Positions 35,924-43,752 of a stretch of 64,000 nt of DNA are shown piece after piece (the first letter of the stretch is position 1; each line of letters opens with the position of its first letter). Below the pieces are notes generated by a model that saw only the letters and a program-made list of their open reading frames with translations, was not told the DNA's origin and did not search any database. A program made the translations under genes and the position numbers. This DNA comes from Acutalibacteraceae bacterium (lineage in GTDB: Bacteria; Bacillota; Clostridia; Oscillospirales; Acutalibacteraceae): positions 35,388-99,387 of the forward strand of contig JAZRSY010000008.1 of NCBI GenBank assembly GCA_045651765.1. The letters are read 5' to 3'.

Positions 35924-36808
35924 ATTTACCCCGTAAACCGAAAGTATTATTACAATACACAAAATAAACTCTAATAAAGTTATTTTTTCTTTTAATATTA
36001 AAACCCCGGCCAACAACGACACCACCGTTATTATATTAGAAAACGATGCCGCCCTTACCGCACTTATTTTGGCCGTAGCATAGTTATAAAGCATAAACGC
36101 ACCGATGCTTGAAACAATGCTTAAATAAACTATGGCCACCCAAAATTCTGTGTTTACTGCGGCTTGAGTGAGCATACTTAAAGTTTGGCCTTTAAAGACC
36201 GCAAAGGCTATTGCATTAAAGCCCACAGCCCCCACCAAAAACATTGTAAAGGTTTTTTCTATTGGTGTAAATTCTTTTGAAAGCAGTCGGCTTAAAATGT
36301 TAAAAACCGCCGCCATACACACAGCGCCCACCAAAAGCAATATGCCTTTTATGCTGTTACGGCCGCCGCCTGAAGATATAACACTGATACCCGACACCGC
36401 CAAAATTGAACACACCGAACATATAATTTGTGTGCGGGTAGCCTTTTCTTTTAAAACAAAGCCCGACAATATTATTACCCCAACCGGCACCAACGAAATT
36501 ATAACCCCCGAAACCGCGCTGGTGGTAAAATTAATGCCGTAAAGTTCAAACAAAAAATACAAAAGCGGTTGCGCCACCGCCATTAATATAAGGCGTAACA
36601 CCTGCTTACCCTTAAGGTTTATTTTAATAACACCAAATAAAGCAAGGCAAAGCAGAACAACAAAAGCCAGCGTAAACCTAACCTGTAAAACTATTAGCGG
36701 GTTGGCATAATTTAATGCTAATTTAGAAAACAAAAAACTAAAACCAAAAATTATGTTAGCAAAAAGCGCCGCTAATGCACCAAAATTTTTATTGCCCGAT
36801 TTTTGCAT
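35906..36808 (-). CDS. EamA/DMT-family transporter
   Basis: 300 aa with 10 predicted TM helices in a duplicated 5+5 EamA architecture. Confidence 0.8.
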   Translation of the reverse strand: MQKSGNKNFGALAALFANIIFGFSFLFSKLALNYANPLIVLQVRFTLAFVVLLCLALFGVIKINLKGKQVLRLILMAVAQPLLYFLFELYGINFTTSAVSGVIISLVPVGVIILSGFVLKEKATRTQIICSVCSILAVSGISVISSGGGRNSIKGILLLVGAVCMAAVFNILSRLLSKEFTPIEKTFTMFLVGAVGFNAIAFAVFKGQTLSMLTQAAVNTEFWVAIVYLSIVSSIGAFMLYNYATAKISAVRAASFSNIITVVSLLAGVLILKEKITLLEFILCIVIILSVYGVNKKGQV

Positions 36809-36819
36809 TTTAATTCCCC

Positions 36820-37686
36820 TTAAAATTGTAAAATTAAAATTGCCGCCGTGCCTAAAACGGCCGCCGCTATTTGTTTGGGTGTTAATTTTTCTTTGAAAAA
36901 CACTGCCGAAAATATAAAGTTAAACAAAAGTGTAAATCCACTTATTAACGGGTACATAAATGTGGCGTCTAAAAGTCCGGAAAGCCAAATTAAAACAAAC
37001 TGGTAGCCCGCTAAAACAATGCCGCCGGCAAAACCGAGTGTTATAAATTTTTTATTAATTTTTAATGAAGCCTTATTTTTAAATAAAAGCACCAATAGCA
37101 CCGAAACCGCTGTTGCAAAAAGGTAGCCGTAAAACAAAAACACGTTGCGCTCGGCTGCATAAGGAGTGTTTTGGTGAATTCTTAAAATAATCATTCCAAG
37201 ACCGGAAAGTAAAGCCGAACCAACGGCCGTTAAAAGCCACAGGGCCCCTGCTTTTTTGTTTTCACGGCGGGTGTTAAGCGCAAGACTTATTAACACAAGC
37301 ACCAACCCAATTATTCTTGCGGGTTTGGCCGCCTCACCGCATATTAACCCATAAACCGACACCGGCAAAACCGAAAAATTTGCTATTAAAACACTTATTG
37401 ACACAGGGCCTTTATTAATTGCTAAAATAAACAAAAGCTGGTAAAGCACCGTGGCGGCGCCAAACAAAACGCTTAAAATTAGGGTTGTTGGGCTTACTTT
37501 TGTGCCTAAAAAAACAACAAAACTTAGTGTTGTAAACATAAATATTACATTATTAAAGGCAACAGCCCCTAAAACGCCCGTAACATTAGCCTTTTTTTGT
37601 GCTAAAACCTTAACATTAGCAAGCAAACCAAGACAAACCAGCAAAGCAATATTCATAAAAACCCCCAAACAAAAATATACTGGCAA
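36820..37686 (-). CDS. DMT-superfamily membrane transporter (EamA/GRP-like)
   Basis: 288 aa (possibly starting at the internal Met at 37656) and about 10 TM helices. It is adjacent to, and co-directional with, another DMT gene. Confidence 0.65.
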   Translation of the reverse strand: MPVYFCLGVFMNIALLVCLGLLANVKVLAQKKANVTGVLGAVAFNNVIFMFTTLSFVVFLGTKVSPTTLILSVLFGAATVLYQLLFILAINKGPVSISVLIANFSVLPVSVYGLICGEAAKPARIIGLVLVLISLALNTRRENKKAGALWLLTAVGSALLSGLGMIILRIHQNTPYAAERNVFLFYGYLFATAVSVLLVLLFKNKASLKINKKFITLGFAGGIVLAGYQFVLIWLSGLLDATFMYPLISGFTLLFNFIFSAVFFKEKLTPKQIAAAVLGTAAILILQF

Positions 37687-37786
37687 GATTATAGCATTTT
37701 AATAAAAAAATAACAAGGTTTTGACTTAATTTATTTGACATTTTTGCTTTTTTAACTTAAAATTAAAATGATTAGGAGGTTTCTTT

Positions 37787-38566
37787 ATGCAAGAGATATT
37801 AAATAAAACCGGTTTTATTTGTGATATGGACGGTGTTATATACCACGGAAATAAAATTTTAGATGGCGTTTTCGAATTTGTTAATTGGTTAATAGATAAC
37901 AACAAAAAGTTTGTGTTTTTAACCAACAGCCCCGAAAAAACCCCGCACGAACTTAGCATGAAGTTAGAGCGTATGGGTCTTAAAGTGTCGGCCGACCATT
38001 TTTACACAAGTGCCATGGCCACAGCCGCATTTTTAAATTCACAAAAACCAGGTTGCACAGCCTATGTTATTGGCGAGGCTGCCCTTACCAAAGCCCTTTA
38101 CGACCAAGGAATTTACATGAACGATGTTAACCCCGATTATGTTGTGGTGGGGGAAACCCGCAGTTATAATTTTGAAAAAATTGAAAAGGCCATTGAACTT
38201 GTGAACCGAGGTGCCAAACTTATTGGCGCCAACCCCGACATTACCGGCCCAACCGAGCATGGAATTATGCCGGCAACCGGCTCACTTATTGCCCCTATTG
38301 AAATTGCAACGGGCAAAAAGGCATATTTTGTTGGCAAACCAAACCCCTTAATGCTGCGCCACGGCCTTAAAAAAATTAATTGCCACAGTGAAGAAATTGC
38401 CTTTATTGGCGACCGAATGGATACCGACATTATTGCCGGCATTGAATCTAACATTGATACTGTTTTGGTTCTTACAGGTGTAACCGACCTTGCCGAAATC
38501 GACAAATTCCCCTACCGCCCAAAATATATTTTAAACGGCGTTAGTGACATAATTAAAAATTTATAA
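37787..38566 (+). CDS. HAD-IIA family sugar-phosphate phosphatase (NagD-like)
   Basis: 259 aa. HAD motif I FICDMDGVIYHG, motif II LTNS, and motif IV GDRMDTDI. Confidence 0.88.
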   Translation: MQEILNKTGFICDMDGVIYHGNKILDGVFEFVNWLIDNNKKFVFLTNSPEKTPHELSMKLERMGLKVSADHFYTSAMATAAFLNSQKPGCTAYVIGEAALTKALYDQGIYMNDVNPDYVVVGETRSYNFEKIEKAIELVNRGAKLIGANPDITGPTEHGIMPATGSLIAPIEIATGKKAYFVGKPNPLMLRHGLKKINCHSEEIAFIGDRMDTDIIAGIESNIDTVLVLTGVTDLAEIDKFPYRPKYILNGVSDIIKNL

Positions 38567-38599
38567 TAAAAAATCGGAGGCCTTAAACCTCCGATTTTT
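38566..38599. terminator. Bidirectional terminator (HAD gene on plus, TRAP permease on minus)
   Basis: AAAAATCGGAGG-ccttaaa-CCTCCGATTTTTTT. Confidence 0.85.
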
Positions 38600-40537
38600 T
38601 TATGCTGTTTTTTTGCTGTTTTTAAAAATCAATTGTGTTGCAGCGGCTATGCCAACCAAAATTAAACCAATTAGGTCGGTTGTAAGGCCCGGATATATAA
38701 GTAATAATCCGCCTGCCACACACAAAATTCGTTCATACCACAACATATTTTTAATGAAATAACCTGTAAGCGCTGCCGATACGGCAAATATTCCCACAAA
38801 CGAGGTTATGCAAATCAGCACCACCTCGGGCGCTGTTGTGTTAACAAACAACATTGCGGGGTTAAGCGCAAACACATATGGCACTATAAATGCGCCAATG
38901 GCCAACTTTGTGGCGGTAACTGCCGTTTTCATTGGATTGCCTTGGGCAATTGCTGCACCGGCGTATGCTGCAAGGGCTACCGGTGGTGTTAAATCGGCCA
39001 CAATGCCAAAATAAAACACAAAGAAATGTGCTGCAATGGCAGGAACACCCATTCTTATAAGTATTGGTGCGCATGTGGCAGCCATAATGCAATAGTTTGC
39101 TGTGGTTGGCACGCCCATGCCCAAAACTATACAGCAAAGCATTGTTAAAAACAACGCAATTATTACCTGATTACCGGCCAAGGCCACAATTCCGTTAATA
39201 ATCACATTGGCAAGGCCTGTCATGGTAATGGTGCCGGCAACAATGCCTGCAACACCACAAGCTGCTGCAACGGTTATCATGCCGCGGCCGCCTGCTGCCA
39301 GGGCCTCTAAAATGCGTTTTGGTGTAATGCGGTTTTCTTTGTTAAACAAACTAACAACAATGGTGGCTATTATTGCAATAGCGGCAGCATATTGTATTGT
39401 AAACCAACTATTACTTACCAAATAAATAAGTAACACTAAGGGTAACAACAAATAAATCTTTTTAACAAGTGGTTTAAATTTAGGTAATTCTTCGCGGCTA
39501 ATGCCCCTTAAGCCATTCTTTTTAGCCTCTAAGTGAACGGCCACAAAAATACCGGCAAAATAAAGCACGGCAGGCAAAATTGCCTTTAGTGCTATATTGC
39601 TGTAAGAAATGCCTACATAATCGGCCATTAAAAATGCGGCGGCACCCATAATGGGTGGCATAATTTGTCCACCGGTAGAAGCAGCGGCTTCGGCAGCGGC
39701 GGCAAACTCGGGTTTATAGCCTGTCTTTTTCATGAGCGGTATTGTTACTGAGCCCGAGCCAACAGTATTAGCAACCGACGAGCCCGAAACCATACCCTCT
39801 AAGGCGGAAGCGACAACGGCAACCTTAGCGGGACCACCCGAAAATCCACCAACAATTGTATTAGAAATATTAATAAAGAAATCGGCAATTCCGGTACGCT
39901 CTAAAAACGCGCCGAAAATTATAAATACCACTATAAACTTAGAGCACACATTAACCGGTGTTGAAAGGATTCCCTCTTTACTATAAAAAAGGTAGTGCAC
40001 AATGTAGTTCAGTTTGCCCACAAGCGTTGGGTTGTTAAGTCCCACCGTTAAGGCGTAAACCAAAAGGCAACCTGCCACTATTAATATGGGCAGACCCACA
40101 CTGCGTCTACAAACCTCTGCTAAAGATAAAACACCAACAATACCAATAATTATTTGATAAAGTTCGAAGTTGCTGCCCTGCTGTATAATGTTTAAGGCAT
40201 TAAAGGTGTAATACAAAAAGGCTCCTGTGCCGCAAACCATAAGCAAAATATCGTACCATGGTATAAAATTGGTGCGTTGTTTGCCTTTTTTGGCAGGGAA
40301 CACTATGTAACCTATGAACATTATAAAAGCCATAAAAGATGCCAAGCGAATTTCTTCTAACCAGCTTGCAAATAAAGTAACATATAAACAAAAAATCGAA
40401 AACGATGCTAAAATACAGGTTACTATTATTTTGGGAACACCCTCCCAAACGCGCACATTCGATTCTCTGTCGAACTTTTTCATTACCGATTCTAAATCCA
40501 TTGGCTCTGATTCGACATTTTTCTTTTTAAAGAACAA
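38600..40537 (-). CDS. TRAP transporter fused permease (TAXI-type 4TM/12TM fusion)
   Basis: 645 aa and highly polytopic. It lies directly downstream of a TAXI solute receptor. Confidence 0.88.
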   Translation of the reverse strand: MFFKKKNVESEPMDLESVMKKFDRESNVRVWEGVPKIIVTCILASFSIFCLYVTLFASWLEEIRLASFMAFIMFIGYIVFPAKKGKQRTNFIPWYDILLMVCGTGAFLYYTFNALNIIQQGSNFELYQIIIGIVGVLSLAEVCRRSVGLPILIVAGCLLVYALTVGLNNPTLVGKLNYIVHYLFYSKEGILSTPVNVCSKFIVVFIIFGAFLERTGIADFFINISNTIVGGFSGGPAKVAVVASALEGMVSGSSVANTVGSGSVTIPLMKKTGYKPEFAAAAEAAASTGGQIMPPIMGAAAFLMADYVGISYSNIALKAILPAVLYFAGIFVAVHLEAKKNGLRGISREELPKFKPLVKKIYLLLPLVLLIYLVSNSWFTIQYAAAIAIIATIVVSLFNKENRITPKRILEALAAGGRGMITVAAACGVAGIVAGTITMTGLANVIINGIVALAGNQVIIALFLTMLCCIVLGMGVPTTANYCIMAATCAPILIRMGVPAIAAHFFVFYFGIVADLTPPVALAAYAGAAIAQGNPMKTAVTATKLAIGAFIVPYVFALNPAMLFVNTTAPEVVLICITSFVGIFAVSAALTGYFIKNMLWYERILCVAGGLLLIYPGLTTDLIGLILVGIAAATQLIFKNSKKTA

Positions 40538-40566
40538 TACTTTTAACCCCCTAACAAAAACTTAAA

Positions 40567-40591
40567 GGCTGCGGCGAACTTTGCCGCAGCC
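40567..40591 (-). terminator. Intra-operon hairpin between the TAXI receptor and the permease
   Basis: GGCTGCGGC-gaacttt-GCCGCAGCC, a 9-bp GC stem. On the minus strand it is followed by TTTAAGTTTTT. Confidence 0.55.
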
Positions 40592-40618
40592 CGAATTCAA
40601 CAACTAAAGCAAACAAAA

Positions 40619-41572
40619 TTATTTAACAGTTACCTGAACGCCTTTTTCGGCAAAATATTTAGCAGCGCCTGCGTGGAAAGGAACTGTCATACCACTGGTA
40701 GCATTTTCAATGCTTAATTCTGCGCCCTTGCCGTTTTCGGCTGTTATGGCAGCAGTGTTTTCGAAAATAGCAGCGGTAAGGTTGTAAACCTGCTCTTCAG
40801 AAGCGTTGGCATCTACAATTAAGGTAGCCTTAACGGTAACTGTCTTAACGGCTTCTGGTTGGTCGGAATATGTGCCTGCAGGAATATCATATACTGTGTA
40901 GAATGGGCAGGTTTCCATAAGTTTATCGGCAACTGCGCCATCTATAGGAACTAAATAAGCATCGTTAGTGGTGCAGAGCTCGGTAATAGCGGGTGTAGGA
41001 GCACCTGCAACTATAAATGCAGCGTCAATTTTGCCGTCTTTTAAAGCATCGGTACTGTCGGCAAAAGATTGATATTGCGGTTTAATGTCGTTTTCGGTAA
41101 GACCGGCAGCTGTTAAAACATCAATAGCGTTAAAATAAACGCCCGAGCCTGGTGCACCAATAGAAACCTTTTTGTCTTTTAAATCGGCAACCGATTTAAT
41201 TGAAGGGTCCATAGTTATTAACTGAACAGCCTCGGCATAAAGACCGGCTACAACACGGAAGGATTCAACCTTGCCCTCTTTTTCGAACGAGCGTGTGCCT
41301 TCCCAAGCGTAAGCCATAACATCGGATTGTACGGTACCTAATTGGTAGTTACCGGCAGCAATACCCTGAATGTTGGCCTTAGAACCATCGGTAGAAACTA
41401 CGGTAACATTAATGCCGGCGTGATTTTTAATATATTGGCCTAAAACACCGCCGTAACCGTAATATGTACCGGCTGTTCCACCTGTGCCCATTGTCATACC
41501 AGCGGTGCCAGAACAAGCGCAAACGCTGAATGCTAAAACTAAAACTAACAATAATGCAATAATTTTTTTCAT
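40619..41572 (-). CDS. TAXI-family TRAP transporter solute-binding lipoprotein
   Basis: ORF 40619..41635. The ATG at 41572 (MKKIIALLLVLVLAFSVCAC, lipobox) follows a GGAGGAG RBS. The motif region reads NVTVVSTDGSKANIQGIAAGNYQLGTVQSDV. Confidence 0.88.
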   Translation of the reverse strand: MKKIIALLLVLVLAFSVCACSGTAGMTMGTGGTAGTYYGYGGVLGQYIKNHAGINVTVVSTDGSKANIQGIAAGNYQLGTVQSDVMAYAWEGTRSFEKEGKVESFRVVAGLYAEAVQLITMDPSIKSVADLKDKKVSIGAPGSGVYFNAIDVLTAAGLTENDIKPQYQSFADSTDALKDGKIDAAFIVAGAPTPAITELCTTNDAYLVPIDGAVADKLMETCPFYTVYDIPAGTYSDQPEAVKTVTVKATLIVDANASEEQVYNLTAAIFENTAAITAENGKGAELSIENATSGMTVPFHAGAAKYFAEKGVQVTVK

Positions 41573-41670
41573 AACTTCTCCTCCTAAATTTAAATATTTC
41601 CTATTAATTATACTATATTTTAAGTTATATTGCAAGGCAAAATTTTAAGCGTAATTTACACTAAATAAAA

Positions 41671-41697
41671 AAGCACCAACCACAAAGGTTGGTGCTT
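41671..41697 (-). terminator. Terminator downstream of tRNA-Ala
   Basis: AAGCACCAACC-acaa-AGGTTGGTGCTT. On the minus strand the stem is followed by TTTTTTATTT. Confidence 0.75.
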
Positions 41698-41701
41698 TAT
41701 T

Positions 41702-41777
41702 TGGTGGAGCATAGGGGACTTGAACCCCTGACCCCCACACTGCCAGTGTGGTGCGCTACCAACTGCGCTAATGCCCC
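41702..41777 (-). tRNA. tRNA-Ala (anticodon GGC)
   Basis: The minus strand reads GGGGCAT-TA-GCGC-AGTTGGTA-GCGC-A-CCACA-CTGGCAG-TGTGG-GGGTC-AGGGG-TTCAAGT-CCCCT-ATGCTCC-ACCA. It folds as a cloverleaf with the G3:U70 alanine identity pair, and CCA is encoded. Confidence 0.92.
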
Positions 41778-41857
41778 GTGCAAAAATTAATATATCACAT
41801 ATACAAGAATAATGCAAGGTATTTTTTTAAATTTGCAAAAAATAATTTATTTATTGG

Positions 41858-41885
41858 TTGACTTTTCATGAAAATGCGGTATAAT
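41858..41885 (+). promoter_or_regulatory. Sigma-A promoter for tRNA-Gln (TTGACT-N16-TATAAT)
   Basis: TTGACT at 41858-41863 and TATAAT at 41880-41885, 17 nt upstream of the mature tRNA 5' end. Confidence 0.6.
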
Positions 41886-41902
41886 AACCTTGTTACAAAT
41901 TT

Positions 41903-41976
41903 TGGGGAATTGTGTAACGGTAGCACGACAGACTCTGACTCTGTTTGTTGGGGTTCGAATCCCTATTCCCCAGCCA
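41903..41976 (+). tRNA. tRNA-Gln (anticodon CUG)
   Basis: TGGGGAA-TT-GTGT-AACGGTA-GCAC-G-ACAGA-CTCTGAC-TCTGT-TTGT-TGGGG-TTCGAAT-CCCTA-TTCCCCA-GCCA. The U1:A72 pair is typical of bacterial tRNA-Gln, and CCA is encoded. Confidence 0.92.
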
Positions 41977-41977
41977 A

Positions 41978-42007
41978 AAAGCACTAACATTTGTTAGTGC
42001 TTTTTTT
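41978..42007. terminator. Bidirectional terminator (tRNA-Gln on plus, EamA gene on minus)
   Basis: AAAAGCACTAA-catttg-TTAGTGCTTTTTTT, overlapping the stop of the 41994..42887 gene. Confidence 0.8.
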
Positions 42008-42887
42008 GTTTTATATTTAATTGTGATAATATTATTCCTGAAAATATAATAAAGCAACCTATGTAAGAACGCAGCGACATTTTGTCAATGCCGAAAATTG
42101 CGCCGCCTATGGCCGCGAATACCGCTTCGCTCGAAAGTATAATGGCTGAATAGGTTGGGTCGGCATTTTTTTGGCCGAGCGCCTGTGTTGTATAGGCCAC
42201 GCCTGACGATAAAACGCCAACATATAAAAGCGATGGCACTATGCCCGATAACCCCGTTACCGCCGCCGTAACATTAACGCCCGTAACACAAAATGCTATT
42301 AACATGCCCAACACACCGCAGGTTAAAAACTGGTAAAACGAAAGTTTTATGGCATCGGATTTTTTTACAAAAAAATCAATGGCTATTATATGTATTGCCC
42401 ACAGTATTGCCCCTAAAAAAATTATAATGTCGGATTTTTCTATGCTTTTTATTCCGTTTTGCACGCTTAAAACATAAAGACCAACCACCGCCAAAATAGC
42501 GCCAAAGCAAACATTAATGCCCGTTTTCTTTCTAAAAAACAAAAAATAAAATATTGGAACTAACACGGTGTAAATTCCGGTAATAAAACCCGCCTTGCCT
42601 GCGTTTGGGTTTAAATTTATGCCATATTGCTGCAAGGCCGAAGCCGTAAACAAAATTATACCACACACCATACCCGGTAATAAATTTTTTGTTTTTTGGC
42701 CCTTTTTTGTAAAAATTAAAATTACAGGCACAAGGGAAAGCGCGCCTAAAAAATACCTTGCGCCCAAAAACAAAAATAAATCTATTTTACCGGCAACGGT
42801 GCACTGAGCCACAAAGGCCATGCCCCAAATAATTGTTGTTATTAAAAACAATATGTTGGATTGTGATTTTTTACTTAATTTTGCCAA
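41994..42887 (-). CDS. EamA/DMT-family transporter
   Basis: 297 aa and 10 TM helices in a duplicated EamA architecture. Confidence 0.8.
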   Translation of the reverse strand: MAKLSKKSQSNILFLITTIIWGMAFVAQCTVAGKIDLFLFLGARYFLGALSLVPVILIFTKKGQKTKNLLPGMVCGIILFTASALQQYGINLNPNAGKAGFITGIYTVLVPIFYFLFFRKKTGINVCFGAILAVVGLYVLSVQNGIKSIEKSDIIIFLGAILWAIHIIAIDFFVKKSDAIKLSFYQFLTCGVLGMLIAFCVTGVNVTAAVTGLSGIVPSLLYVGVLSSGVAYTTQALGQKNADPTYSAIILSSEAVFAAIGGAIFGIDKMSLRSYIGCFIIFSGIILSQLNIKQKKH

Positions 42888-42888
42888 T

Positions 42889-43752
42889 TTAATTCACCTT
42901 AATTATCCCGTTTTCTACCGTAAAAACAATGTCGCCGTGCCTATCGGTTCTAAAGACCTGGCTGCCCATTTGTTTTAAACTGTTAATAACGCTGTCGGCC
43001 GGGTGGCCGTACGAATTGGAGCTTACCGATATTGCCGAAATTTGCGGTGTTGCAATTTCTAAAAATTCGGCCGTGGTAGAGGTTGTGCTGCCGTGGTGGC
43101 CAACCTTTAAAACATCGCAATCAAAATTAATTTTACTGTCAATTAACAGTTCTTCGCCTTCGGCCTCTAAATCGGCCATAAACAAGAATTTTTTGCCCTC
43201 TAACTTTGCCATCAAAACGGTTGAACGGTTGTTAATATCGGTCTGATTAGCATCACTTTGTAAAACGGTGAATTCTATATCCCCCGTATTTATAACCATA
43301 CCCTGAGTGGCTATGTATTTTTGGGCATTGCTTTTTGAAACGGCATCATTCAACTCTTTTAATAATTTATTATCCTGTGTTTCATCACTTTTAAATTCGG
43401 GCAGAACAATATTTTCCACCTTTAGTGTAGACAGAATATACTCGGCCGAGCCAATATGGTCGGAGTGAGAATGGGTTAAAACAAGGGTTTCAATGCTGTT
43501 TATGCCGTAACCCCTTATTTTTCTTACAAGTTCGCGAGAGTACATTTGGTCGCCTGTATCTATCAGCGTGGCCGAACCGTTGCTGCAAACCAAAATGCTA
43601 TCGCCATTGCCCACGCTTAAAACCGATATAAAATCGTCATTATTGTTTCCACCAAAATTATTGCCGGTAAAAAACTTACCGGCAATAATTATTATAAGAG
43701 CAACTATTCCTAAACATATGGCCCTTTTGGCCCTTTTATTTAAAGCCTTCAT
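42889..43752 (-). CDS. Membrane-anchored MBL-fold metallo-hydrolase (ComEC C-terminal-domain-like)
   Basis: 287 aa with an N-terminal TM anchor. HxHxDH motif LTHSHSDHIG and a later GHHGS. The start overlaps the ftsK stop (TAATG). Confidence 0.8.
   Translation of the reverse strand: MKALNKRAKRAICLGIVALIIIIAGKFFTGNNFGGNNNDDFISVLSVGNGDSILVCSNGSATLIDTGDQMYSRELVRKIRGYGINSIETLVLTHSHSDHIGSAEYILSTLKVENIVLPEFKSDETQDNKLLKELNDAVSKSNAQKYIATQGMVINTGDIEFTVLQSDANQTDINNRSTVLMAKLEGKKFLFMADLEAEGEELLIDSKINFDCDVLKVGHHGSTTSTTAEFLEIATPQISAISVSSNSYGHPADSVINSLKQMGSQVFRTDRHGDIVFTVENGIIKVN

Noticed and set aside
38862-40448. Minus- and plus-strand ORFs of 68-91 aa inside the TRAP permease gene (for example 38862..39137 and 40200..40448).
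   Set aside because: They are out-of-frame or antisense to a continuous 645-aa polytopic permease ORF, and their Cys/His/Arg-rich translations are typical frame-shift noise.
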